Shown here piece by piece: positions 9,827-18,801 of a stretch of DNA of 64,000 nucleotides. Position numbers and translations under genes: made by a program. The notes below the pieces were generated by a model. The model searched no databases. It was not told where the DNA came from and saw only the letters and a program-made list of their open reading frames with translations. Source of the stretch: Patescibacteria group bacterium. GTDB lineage: Bacteria > Patescibacteriota > Microgenomatia > Levybacterales > UBA12049. Where the stretch lies: contig BPJB01000001.1 in the NCBI GenBank assembly GCA_026004395.1, positions 15,543-79,542 on the forward strand. Direction: 5' to 3'. Within the stretch, counting starts at the first letter, position 1. Each line of letters opens with the position of its first letter.

Positions 9827-10651
9827 GGTATAACAAAATTAAGTGAGAAATGCAATCTTTTGGTATTGTATTTCTCAATCCGCTGTTCTAATGGCAAGTT
9901 TAACTCATTTAGACTCATATATCTGGTATCTGTTAACTGGTAGAATTCTTCATGATCAGTTTTGTGGGATCTTTCCACAACTCCATTTTGATTAGGAGTA
10001 TGAATCCAGATACTGATGTCTGATACTGATTGAAGTCAAGTATTTAACCATCTCAGATTGGAATTCATGGCCATTATCTTTGAATCATCTGAATAGCTAA
10101 TCTTTTCTTTCTTGCTTTAACTGTTAGTCTCTCAATAAAATCAATGGCATTTATTGTGTCTGTAAAGAATATACCTTGGCATACTTCCCTTTAGATACAG
10201 CAACTATAGCATTGTATTGAAATCTTTTGTTGGGCAGGAATTTGATATCCATCTAAACCAGTTTTCCAGGCACAGAAACAGAGTTAAAGAGTTTGTTTTT
10301 TCATCTTTCTCCTGTGCTTTTGGAGTATTAAACCTCTTCTTTTCCACTGGCAGACTTCTACCACCATAGACCAGGGGATGGTATTTAACCTGTTGGGCTT
10401 TCTGGACATTAACTTAATGGTATTTAGGTATTTAGGTTAAATCTTCTGTATCTGGCTCTGATTCTGTAGAAAGTGGCATGATGAATACCAAACAGTCTGC
10501 ACAAATACCTTACATTCTTAGTTTCCATAGCCTCATATGCATCCATCATCTTGAGCCTAAATTTCTCTCTGTCATTTAGAATCACTTCATGATTTCTAAT
10601 CCTCATTTGATACCTCCTCTCACTCACCCATTTTAGAGAAATGTGTCGCAT
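9827..10651 (-). pseudogene. IS481-family (DDE/rve) transposase pseudogene with multiple frameshifts
   Basis: HTH N-terminus (ORF 10424..10651: ...LCRLFGIHHATFYRIRARY). An rve core (HTPNQNGVVERSHKTDHEEFYQL) and C-terminus (YNTKRLHFSLNFVIPEE*) sit in other frames around 9830-10015. No continuous ORF. Confidence 0.65.
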
Positions 10652-10663
10652 ATGTGTTTACAC

Positions 10664-10711
10664 AATTCGTATACTTGACAAACTAAAAATTCGTATACTT
10701 GACAAACTAAA
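10664..10711 (+). repeat. perfect 24-bp tandem direct repeat x2 (aattcgtatacttgacaaactaaa), each carrying TTGACA; putative promoter/operator of the 10737 gene
   Basis: Read directly. A -10-like TATGATAAT lies downstream at about 10715-10726. Confidence 0.55.
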
Positions 10712-10736
10712 TCTATTATGATAATATCCCGCTGAT

Positions 10737-11633
10737 ATGAATACAGAACGTATTCAAGTGAGCAAATTGTTTGACAATTTGCATAATAGAATTAATAGAA
10801 GAGAATTTTTTAAAAGTGTAGCAGCTGCAACATCATCTCTTGTTTTTCCTCGAGCTGATGCAGAAGAACAGCTATTGTCGCAAGAACGGGAGCTTTCTTT
10901 CCGAGATACAAACGCTGCAATTATTTTTGTAGCTCAGTGGATTAATGATGTGTCGAGTGCTGGGTATGTTATTGACGGTGATGAATCTACTTATGGGAGG
11001 GCATGGAATAATTCTTCAGATGAGATGCGTAATCTTCTTATTTATCCTCCAGCTGAAGCAAGAATTAGAGAAATTGGTAATGTCGTAGGTTTAGATGATG
11101 GAAGATTTAAGATTACTGCAAAAGTAAACGGTTTATTTGATAAACCAAGTGTTGAGTCTACTCTTAATTTTATTGTAAGTAAAGAAGATACTGACAGATT
11201 TCAGATGGATTGGTCTGAACCTATCGATCAAACATCATCTCTTGTTTTTCCTCGAGCTGATGCAGAAGAACAGCTATTGTCGCAAGAACGGGAGCTTTCT
11301 TTCCGAGATACAAACGCTGCAATTATTTTTGTAGCTCAGTGGATTAATGATGTGTCGAGTGCTGGGTATGTTATTGACGGTGATGAATCTACTTATGGGA
11401 GGGCATGGAATAATTCTTCAGATGAGATGCGTAATCTTCTTATTTATCCTCCAGCTGAAGCAAGAATTAGAGAAATTGGTAATGTCGTAGGTTTAGATGA
11501 TGGAAGATTTAAGATTACTGCAAAAGTAAACGGTTTATTTGATAAACCAAGTGTTGAGTCTACTCTTAATTTTATTGTAAGTAAAGAAGATACTGACAGA
11601 TTTCAGATGGATTGGTCTGAACCTCTATCCTAA
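10737..11633 (+). CDS. Tat-signal exported protein with an exact internal duplication of a ~130-aa module
   Basis: N-terminus NRINRREFFKSVAAATSSLVFPRADA (RRxFxK + hydrophobic region + AxA). Residues ~31-164 are repeated exactly as ~165-298. Confidence 0.65.
   Translation: MNTERIQVSKLFDNLHNRINRREFFKSVAAATSSLVFPRADAEEQLLSQERELSFRDTNAAIIFVAQWINDVSSAGYVIDGDESTYGRAWNNSSDEMRNLLIYPPAEARIREIGNVVGLDDGRFKITAKVNGLFDKPSVESTLNFIVSKEDTDRFQMDWSEPIDQTSSLVFPRADAEEQLLSQERELSFRDTNAAIIFVAQWINDVSSAGYVIDGDESTYGRAWNNSSDEMRNLLIYPPAEARIREIGNVVGLDDGRFKITAKVNGLFDKPSVESTLNFIVSKEDTDRFQMDWSEPLS
10829..11624 (+). repeat. 402-bp head-to-tail tandem duplication (2 copies, ~394 bp identical) inside the CDS
   Basis: Copy 1 is 10829..11230; copy 2 is 11231..11624(+8). 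Identical through ...gattggtctgaacct. Confidence 0.9.
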
Positions 11634-12243
11634 TTGTATATTTACCTGTGAATTACTTAAAAAATTTTTATCCAGAATCTCACCTGTTTTATTTAATTAA
11701 ATTATAATAATATTGAATATTATAAGAGCAATTATATTCTGTAGATTTTATTCCACAAATTAAATCCTCCTTAGTGGGAGGGAATACATCGATTACACTT
11801 TGATATTACTCTTAATCTTGATTTATATAAATGGTTAAAAAGAATCATTATTCTTCAGAGAAGAAAATCGAAGCAATAATCTTGATAACAATTCAAGTTT
11901 TGAAGAAGGTTTTGAGAAAGACTGCAGACAATAGGATATTCAAAATGTTGTTTAAAAACATATACGCTTAAAAATGATGTAACCTTGATGTTTTAACATA
12001 ACAATTAAAAGAAGTGATTGGGTTTTTCAAAAGTTGAGTTCAGTATATATTTATGAAGTAAACTAGGAGTTAATAACTGACTTATTAAATAAAATGCGTG
12101 AGATTAGTATACCAGTCACTAATTAAAAACCACCATTAGAATATACTCAAGAGCATTTCTTCAAAGTATTACAGATGTCCCTTCCAGCAAATATTATTGA
12201 CAAATAAGACATTAAAAAAATATGTTATAAATATAAGTGGTAA

Positions 12244-12804
12244 ATGAAATTATACAATTCACGTAAATTCATTGGAATTTTCATTTTTTTTCTCATTTTT
12301 ATTCCGTTAATAATATTCTTATTTTCATTGTATAAAAATGGAACAATTTATGTCCTAAACAAAAGTAAAAATTATTATCTTTCTTACCAAGAAACTCCAG
12401 AATTTCTGAATCTTATAACAAATTTAGAAATTTTCATTAAAGAAGTGCATTTTGAAGGGGTAAGGATTAAATTAAGTCACTTGACAATCGAACTAGTAGA
12501 TATGCCTCAAGTGGTAACTTATAGTGAAAATAATAGTAGGTATGTTATTAATTCAATAATTTTGTTGGATGATAAACGAAATAATCTCGTGATCAGAGTA
12601 TATATACCTTTAGTGAATAAAACTCTTGATGAACAAAGATTAAGTCAAATTTTCCTTCAGGAAGTTGTAACAAAACTTTATGTAATTTCACATGAAGATA
12701 CAACTACTAAGATTCTTAATAAGGAAATACCTCTTATCATGAGCATTTTTAGGAATAACCCAGAGCAAAATCCTTTTAAAATAGCTATAAAGGTACAAAA
12801 ATGA
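12244..12804 (+). CDS. hypothetical membrane protein
   Basis: N-terminal TM helix; stop overlaps the next start (ATGA). Confidence 0.4.
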   Translation: MKLYNSRKFIGIFIFFLIFIPLIIFLFSLYKNGTIYVLNKSKNYYLSYQETPEFLNLITNLEIFIKEVHFEGVRIKLSHLTIELVDMPQVVTYSENNSRYVINSIILLDDKRNNLVIRVYIPLVNKTLDEQRLSQIFLQEVVTKLYVISHEDTTTKILNKEIPLIMSIFRNNPEQNPFKIAIKVQK

Positions 12805-13985
12805 AAGTTTTTTATCATTTAATCTTGCCAATAATTGGTTCAATTCTTGTATTATTTTTATTTTTTGTTAATACTCAGGTCATTGACGCCTATCATATAC
12901 AAGATTGTAGTAGAACAGTTACCGGTCCAAACGGAAGTGTTCTTTGTTGCACTTATGATACTGATCTTGGAGATGGAACTGGCGGGCCGGCAGCATTATG
13001 TAATCCACCTTCTGGTGGTGATGGTAGTTATAATGGTCCGTATACTGGTGATGGTAGTTATGATGGTCCTTACAATGGTTCGTATTTACCTGATTTTCGG
13101 GTGACGTCAGTTGGTGCGAGGAATAGGAATGGTAATACTCAGTCGTATTTTGTAGCGGATTCTCCTACGTATAATATCGATGGAGATCCGATATATGTAA
13201 CTGTGGATATTTTAAATGATGGGAATGGGTATCCAGATAGTTCTTCAAGGCATGCTGTGTATAAGGATGTTGATGCATATAATAGTGGTTCAGCCTCCAT
13301 GTATATAGATTCATCTAATAACTGGCCTCCAGGGTTTACTGCTACTTATCAGTCGTGGCCTGGGGGGGTAAGGAGTGATCAGTTTACCAGTCCTTTTTTT
13401 ACGCAGCGTAATGCAGGTAGGTATAGGGTGTATGTTAAAGCCAATTATAATAATGCGGTATCAGAGTGGAATTATTCCAATAATACAGGGTCTAGCGCTA
13501 TTTATGAGGTCAGATCATCAATTTTTGGTTGGGTGTGTTGGAGTAAGAATGAGGATGCCCAGTGTGATGATGCTAGTGGGAGTACACCTGCTGATCCTCT
13601 GGTGAGTAATATTCGGATTACGTTGTATAAGGATAATAATAATAACTATGGTACGTTGGTGGCAACGGATACTACGGTGCAGACTTCTAATTGGAATAGG
13701 AGTTATGCGTTTGATAATCTGAGTGCGGGAGATTATTTGGTGAGGTGGGATGATCCTGACTGGCTGCCTATCTCCTCACAAGCTAGGACAGCGACACTTG
13801 GTCCGCATACGAGGATACGCTTTGCGGTGAAGCCAGCGTATAGGCTTTGGGGTTATGTGTTTGTGGATAATGATCGGGATGGGGTGCGGGATAGTGATGA
13901 GACGGTTGGATATTCTGGGGTGAGTGTTAGTTTGAGTGGTACAGAGAGTAGGACGACGACGACAGATGCTAGATGGGATGTATGA
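12801..13985 (+). CDS. SdrD-B-like/Cna-B-repeat surface adhesin, N-terminal part (frameshifted from 13936..15639)
   Basis: Signal/TM N-terminus. SdrD_B-like module: GYVFVDNDRDGVRDSDETVGYSGVSVSLSG...TTTTDA. It ends 50 nt inside the next ORF. Confidence 0.6.
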   Translation: MKVFYHLILPIIGSILVLFLFFVNTQVIDAYHIQDCSRTVTGPNGSVLCCTYDTDLGDGTGGPAALCNPPSGGDGSYNGPYTGDGSYDGPYNGSYLPDFRVTSVGARNRNGNTQSYFVADSPTYNIDGDPIYVTVDILNDGNGYPDSSSRHAVYKDVDAYNSGSASMYIDSSNNWPPGFTATYQSWPGGVRSDQFTSPFFTQRNAGRYRVYVKANYNNAVSEWNYSNNTGSSAIYEVRSSIFGWVCWSKNEDAQCDDASGSTPADPLVSNIRITLYKDNNNNYGTLVATDTTVQTSNWNRSYAFDNLSAGDYLVRWDDPDWLPISSQARTATLGPHTRIRFAVKPAYRLWGYVFVDNDRDGVRDSDETVGYSGVSVSLSGTESRTTTTDARWDV

Positions 13986-15639
13986 GTTTACGGGTCTTCC
14001 ACGTGGTACGTATACGATCACGATTACTGAGCCTAATGGGTATAAGGCGTATCCTTCAGTGAGTAAGCAGCAGGTAATAGATCTTAATGAGACTCAGAGG
14101 AACTGGAGGAATGATTTTGGGATCAATCGTGTGTATAGTATAACAGGTAGGGTTTATGCTGATGCTAATCAGGATGGGAGTTATTCAGCAGCTGATGATG
14201 TAGCGATAGTTAATCAGGGTGTTAGTTTGACAGGGAGTAGTTCAGCGAGTGTTGTTACTGCTTCAGATGGTGTGTATAGTTTTAGTAGGCTTGAGCCTGG
14301 TGAGTATTTTGTGAGTACTACACCCTCAAGTGATTATACAGTGTTGACATCCTTGCCTTTGCGGGTGGTAATCACTTCTTCTGATGTTGCTAATCAGGAT
14401 ATTCGTTTTTATGGTAAGTATACGATCTCAGGGGTGGTGTTTGTTGATGAGGATGATAGTAAGACGAAGAATAATCAGGAGCAGAATTATCCAGCTAATC
14501 CGCAGATAGCAGTTACCTCATCTCCAACTGGAGCTCCTCTTCCTCAGGTGGTGAATAATGCTGATGGTTCGTATCAGGTAACAGGACTTATCTCAGGGGA
14601 GTATACAGTGGCGTATAGTGCGCTGCCTCTTGGGTATTATGTGTTTCATCCCCGACCAGCGTTCTATGCTCCAAGAGTTGGTGTTGGCTGTAGTCCTGCG
14701 CCCCAGTCACCAGGAGGAAGCTGTGATGGAAATAACAATATAGTTGATCTGAACTTTGCGATCAAAGCTGGTGAGCCGTGGATGCAGATCTATGGTGCGG
14801 ATGTGAGGTTTGATGAGGGGTTGAATGACCCTGTGCCTCCAACACCTAATGCTGCCTGTGGTGGTGCTTATGTGATCCTGCCGGGTAGTGGTGGTACTCC
14901 TGGTGTTGGATTTAGTGGAGATCTGCCACCTAAGCTTAATCTGGGTAGTATCTCCTCTTTGGGTTGGCTGGTGGGTGGTGTCCAGTATCCCTCGTTGTTT
15001 AAGCCGGTGAGAGCTAAGGTGATCAGAACAGCTTATGGTTATCTGATGTTTGCTGTTGGTCGGGGTAATGTGCGTACTGTTAATCTCTCCTCTGTTTGTA
15101 ATCCTGCCAACTGTACTCTGCCTGCTTCTTTGGCATCAGGTATCTATACTGCAACAGGAAATGTTAATCTTAATGCTTTTACCTTTCCTGCTAATCGGGA
15201 CTATATCTTCCTCATAGATGGTACTCTGCGTATTAAAGGACAGATCCGAGTTCCCACTACCTCAACAGCTACATTCTCTGTCTCTGAGGATATACTCATT
15301 GATGGCAGTGTGGGTAGTCCTCCTTCCTGTCCTCCACCAGCTGTTGGAGCTGCTGATCTGGAGGGTTTTTACAGTGCTGATCGCAACTTTATCGTTGAGA
15401 GTTCTCCTCAGACTGACTGTTCAGCAGGTATCATCGATAAACAGCTTAATGTCCAAGGAGCAATTGTTGTGGATGCTGGACAGAGAACACCAGGTGGAAG
15501 ATTTACCAACAACAGAACCTTCTGCACCCAAAATATTGACTACCCCTCCTTCACCCTCAGAGCTAGACCTGATTTCATCCTTAATGCCCCTGAGTTCATC
15601 AAACGCGAAAACTTCATCTGGCAAGAAGTAGCACCATAA
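13936..15639 (+). CDS. SdrD-B-like/Cna-B-repeat surface adhesin, C-terminal part
   Basis: Repeated modules G(R/V)VYADANQDGSY...GEYFV and GVVFVDEDDSKT...GEYTV. The junction ...TTTTDA|DGMYEFTGLPRGTYTI is restored by removing one base near 13970. Confidence 0.6.
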   Translation: MVQRVGRRRQMLDGMYEFTGLPRGTYTITITEPNGYKAYPSVSKQQVIDLNETQRNWRNDFGINRVYSITGRVYADANQDGSYSAADDVAIVNQGVSLTGSSSASVVTASDGVYSFSRLEPGEYFVSTTPSSDYTVLTSLPLRVVITSSDVANQDIRFYGKYTISGVVFVDEDDSKTKNNQEQNYPANPQIAVTSSPTGAPLPQVVNNADGSYQVTGLISGEYTVAYSALPLGYYVFHPRPAFYAPRVGVGCSPAPQSPGGSCDGNNNIVDLNFAIKAGEPWMQIYGADVRFDEGLNDPVPPTPNAACGGAYVILPGSGGTPGVGFSGDLPPKLNLGSISSLGWLVGGVQYPSLFKPVRAKVIRTAYGYLMFAVGRGNVRTVNLSSVCNPANCTLPASLASGIYTATGNVNLNAFTFPANRDYIFLIDGTLRIKGQIRVPTTSTATFSVSEDILIDGSVGSPPSCPPPAVGAADLEGFYSADRNFIVESSPQTDCSAGIIDKQLNVQGAIVVDAGQRTPGGRFTNNRTFCTQNIDYPSFTLRARPDFILNAPEFIKRENFIWQEVAP

Positions 15640-15789
15640 ATTTTAAGAATTGCTAGTTTGCTTTTTCTCAATGTAAAAAAAATCTTGCAAAGTTATTTTT
15701 TTACAATACTTACTCTACAGTTTAAAGTACTAGTTGGCTGTTTTATATAAAGGCTTGTTTAGGATATTATTTTTGCTTATACTTACTAT

Positions 15790-16824
15790 ATGATACGTCT
15801 GGCGATTAATGGTTATGGGAGGATAGGGAGGATAGCACACCGGGTTATTCTGCAAAAACACACAGATACGATTCAGGTAGTTGCTATCAATGCTGGTTCA
15901 TCAACAGATCTTAAGGGATGGATGTATCTTCTGAAATATGACTCAGTATATGGGCCTTTGTCTTTGCCTCTATCTGTGAAAGTACTAGATCAGCCCAAAA
16001 AAGATCTGCTTGGATATCTAATAGTTAATAACCAAGAGATACCTGTCTATTCGCAAAAAGATCCAGCACTTCTTCCATGGGATGAGCATCAGGTGGATGT
16101 TGTAATTGAGTCAACAGGTGCATTTCGCAAAACAGAAGATCTCAGGAAACATCTGGACGCTGGTGCAAAAGCAGTCGTACTTTCTGCTCCACTTAAGGAG
16201 GATGGAGCACCGACTATTGTTATTAGTGTTAACGAAGATCTCTACAAAGGAGAAAAGATCATCAGCAATGCATCCTGCACAACTAACTGCATTGCTCCTG
16301 TTGCCAAGATAATTGATGAGACATTAGGTATTGAAAAAGCGATGATGACCACTGTCCATGGTTATACATCAGATCAAAGACTGCAAGATGGTGGTCATAA
16401 AGATTACAGACGGGCTCGAGCGGCAGGGCTGAATATTGTCCCCACATCAACAGGCGCTACAGAAGCAGCTGCGAAGACTCTCCCTACACTGGAGGGAAGA
16501 TTTAAAGGACTTGCGCTGCGTGTTCCGGTACCCGTTGGCTCGTTGTCGGATTTTACTTTTTTGGTAAGAAGGACAACAACAGTAGAAGAGGTTAATGCTA
16601 TTTTTCAGCGTGCAGCTTTATCCGCTGCATATAAAGGAATACTGGATGTCACAAATGATCCATTGGTATCAAGTGATATTATTGGCAATCCTCACTCAGC
16701 GATTGTAGATCTTAGCTTAACACAGGTTGTTGGAGGGAACATGGTAAAAGTTGTTGCCTGGTATGACAACGAATATGGATACGCAAATCGTTTGGTGGAA
16801 GAAGCTCTGATGGTGGTTAGTTGA
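15790..16824 (+). CDS. gap: glyceraldehyde-3-phosphate dehydrogenase (type I)
   Basis: NGYGRIGR NAD-binding motif; catalytic ASCTTNC; 344 aa. Confidence 0.92.
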   Translation: MIRLAINGYGRIGRIAHRVILQKHTDTIQVVAINAGSSTDLKGWMYLLKYDSVYGPLSLPLSVKVLDQPKKDLLGYLIVNNQEIPVYSQKDPALLPWDEHQVDVVIESTGAFRKTEDLRKHLDAGAKAVVLSAPLKEDGAPTIVISVNEDLYKGEKIISNASCTTNCIAPVAKIIDETLGIEKAMMTTVHGYTSDQRLQDGGHKDYRRARAAGLNIVPTSTGATEAAAKTLPTLEGRFKGLALRVPVPVGSLSDFTFLVRRTTTVEEVNAIFQRAALSAAYKGILDVTNDPLVSSDIIGNPHSAIVDLSLTQVVGGNMVKVVAWYDNEYGYANRLVEEALMVVS

Positions 16825-16855
16825 CATTTTAAAGATACTGTTTACTCTGAAAACT

Positions 16856-17500
16856 ATGGACCAACTTAATATCTTTCAGGAAATTAATGATCAGAACAAA
16901 AGAGGTGTTCTTCTTGTTCTTACTGGACCAAGTGGCGCTGGTAAAGATACCGTAATAGCTCGTCTTATGAAGAAACATCCAGAGATAATTAAGATTATCA
17001 CGACCACAAGCCGTCCCCCGCGTGAAAATGAACGTGAAGGAGCACCTTATCATTTTATATCAAGAGAGGAATTTGAAGAACGTATAGCAAGGGGTGATTT
17101 TTTCGAATGGGTAGAGTTCAGAGGAGAGTTGTATGGTACAGAGAAAAAGACACTTCTTGAAGCACTCGCTAAAGGAGTAACAGTGATTTGGAAGATTGAG
17201 ACCAAAGGAGTAAAAAACATTAAAGAGAAAATTAAACAAATGGTTCCTCGTGTTGTTTTTGTTTTTCTTACGGCTGAGAGTATTGATGAGATGAGAGATC
17301 GGGTTTACCATGATGAGGGTGAAGATGGTGCACATAAAAGATGGCACGAGTCATTAGTTATTTGGGAGATGCGTCAGTTTACAGACTGCGATTATCTTGT
17401 TGTCAACAAGAATAACAATCTTGATTCAGCGGTAGAGCAGATCGAATCGATTCTGGAAGCAAAACGGCTTGAAATTATTCAAAAACAGACCACATCATAA
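16856..17500 (+). CDS. gmk: guanylate kinase
   Basis: P-loop GPSGAGKDT and a TTSRPPRENEREGAPYHF GMP-binding region. Confidence 0.85.
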   Translation: MDQLNIFQEINDQNKRGVLLVLTGPSGAGKDTVIARLMKKHPEIIKIITTTSRPPRENEREGAPYHFISREEFEERIARGDFFEWVEFRGELYGTEKKTLLEALAKGVTVIWKIETKGVKNIKEKIKQMVPRVVFVFLTAESIDEMRDRVYHDEGEDGAHKRWHESLVIWEMRQFTDCDYLVVNKNNNLDSAVEQIESILEAKRLEIIQKQTTS

Positions 17501-17536
17501 ATTTTTTCTTGCAAAGCGTTTCTTCTTGCATTATTA

Positions 17537-18121
17537 TTGCAGATAGTTATGAAGCGCTTTTTGTTTGCTTTATTTGTTAGCTTGTATTTTTTGATTACTT
17601 ATGTGAGTTTTGCACAAAATAATTCTTCATCATCAGCAAATCCTAATGTTGCATTAGATACTCAAAAGCCATCGGTTGACTATACGCTTCCCTATCCTGG
17701 TCTTCTTCCTGACAATCCTCTTTATCCACTAAAAATGCTTCGGGATAGAATTGTCCTTTTTCTAATCAATGATTCAGTCAAACGCACAGAGTTTTATCTG
17801 TTGCAAGCTGATAAAAGACTGCAAGCAGGAGTTTTTCTGTATCGCAAAGATCCAAGCAAAATCTCGCTGTCTCTTGACACTTTGGGAAAATCAGAACAAT
17901 ACTTCACAAAAGCAGTTAAAGAGGTAGAAAAAGTAAAACAAGAAAAAAAAGATATAGGAGCTCTTCTTAATAATCTCCAGCGAGCATCTCTTAAGCACGA
18001 GGAAGTTTTGTTGCTTTTTGAAAAAAGTGTTCCTCAGGAATATAGAAAGAGAGTGCGTGTTATTATAGACAATATGAGAAACCACCAAAATACTGTGAAT
18101 GAACTTATATCGTCCTCATAA
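17537..18121 (+). CDS. hypothetical secreted protein
   Basis: Signal peptide MKRFLFALFVSLYFLITYVSFA. No recognisable domain. Confidence 0.4.
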   Translation: MQIVMKRFLFALFVSLYFLITYVSFAQNNSSSSANPNVALDTQKPSVDYTLPYPGLLPDNPLYPLKMLRDRIVLFLINDSVKRTEFYLLQADKRLQAGVFLYRKDPSKISLSLDTLGKSEQYFTKAVKEVEKVKQEKKDIGALLNNLQRASLKHEEVLLLFEKSVPQEYRKRVRVIIDNMRNHQNTVNELISSS

Positions 18122-18329
18122 GATAATTATTCCTTTCTGAACATTATTTTTGAGAAAGCTTTTGATCTTTGTAAGAAAACATTAAGTCTAAGGCTAAAAA
18201 TTTTTAGAAAAATGTAATGATCAAGATTGATATTTTTCGTTATATTGACAGAAGATATATAGTGCCATATGATTTTTGTGGACACTAAATATATATCTGA
18301 ATAGAGTCTTTTTGGATAGGTATAAATCT

Positions 18330-18779
18330 ATGCATTGTCCGTATTGCGGTAGTAAGGAATCAGAGGTTGTTGAGACGCGAGAAAGCGAGGATTTGGATGC
18401 AATTCGAAGACGCAGAACATGTGCTGTATGTCAGAAAAGATTTACTACCTATGAGAGAGTGGAAACGGTAAATCTTTTTGTCATCAAAAAAGATGGTAGA
18501 AGAGAACAATTTGATCGCGAGAAGCTAAAAAAAGGACTTTTAAAAGCATGCGAGAAAACAACTGTTTCTGTTGCTGAGATTGATAAGATTGTTACAGAGA
18601 TTATTCGTGAGCTGAGAAGTGGCGACTCAGTTGAAATACCCAGTGAAACATTAGGGCAACTGGTGGCAGATCATCTCAAGCGAACGAATAAAATTGCTTA
18701 TATCAGATTTGCAAGTGTATTTAAACGTTTTGTTGATGTGGAAGATTTTGAGAGGGAAGTAAAAAAGTTATTAAACTAA
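18330..18779 (+). CDS. nrdR: transcriptional repressor NrdR
   Basis: Begins MHCPYCGSKESEVVETRES (zinc ribbon) followed by an ATP-cone. The track ORF starts earlier at 18276; MHCPYCG is the canonical start. Confidence 0.85.
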   Translation: MHCPYCGSKESEVVETRESEDLDAIRRRRTCAVCQKRFTTYERVETVNLFVIKKDGRREQFDREKLKKGLLKACEKTTVSVAEIDKIVTEIIRELRSGDSVEIPSETLGQLVADHLKRTNKIAYIRFASVFKRFVDVEDFEREVKKLLN

Positions 18780-18801
18780 AAAAGAAAAATTTGCAAGGTA
18801 A

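Noticed and set aside
15685-15708. TTGCAA … TACAAT promoter upstream of gap
   Set aside because: The spacer is only 12 nt by my count. It is plausible but not well enough supported to annotate.
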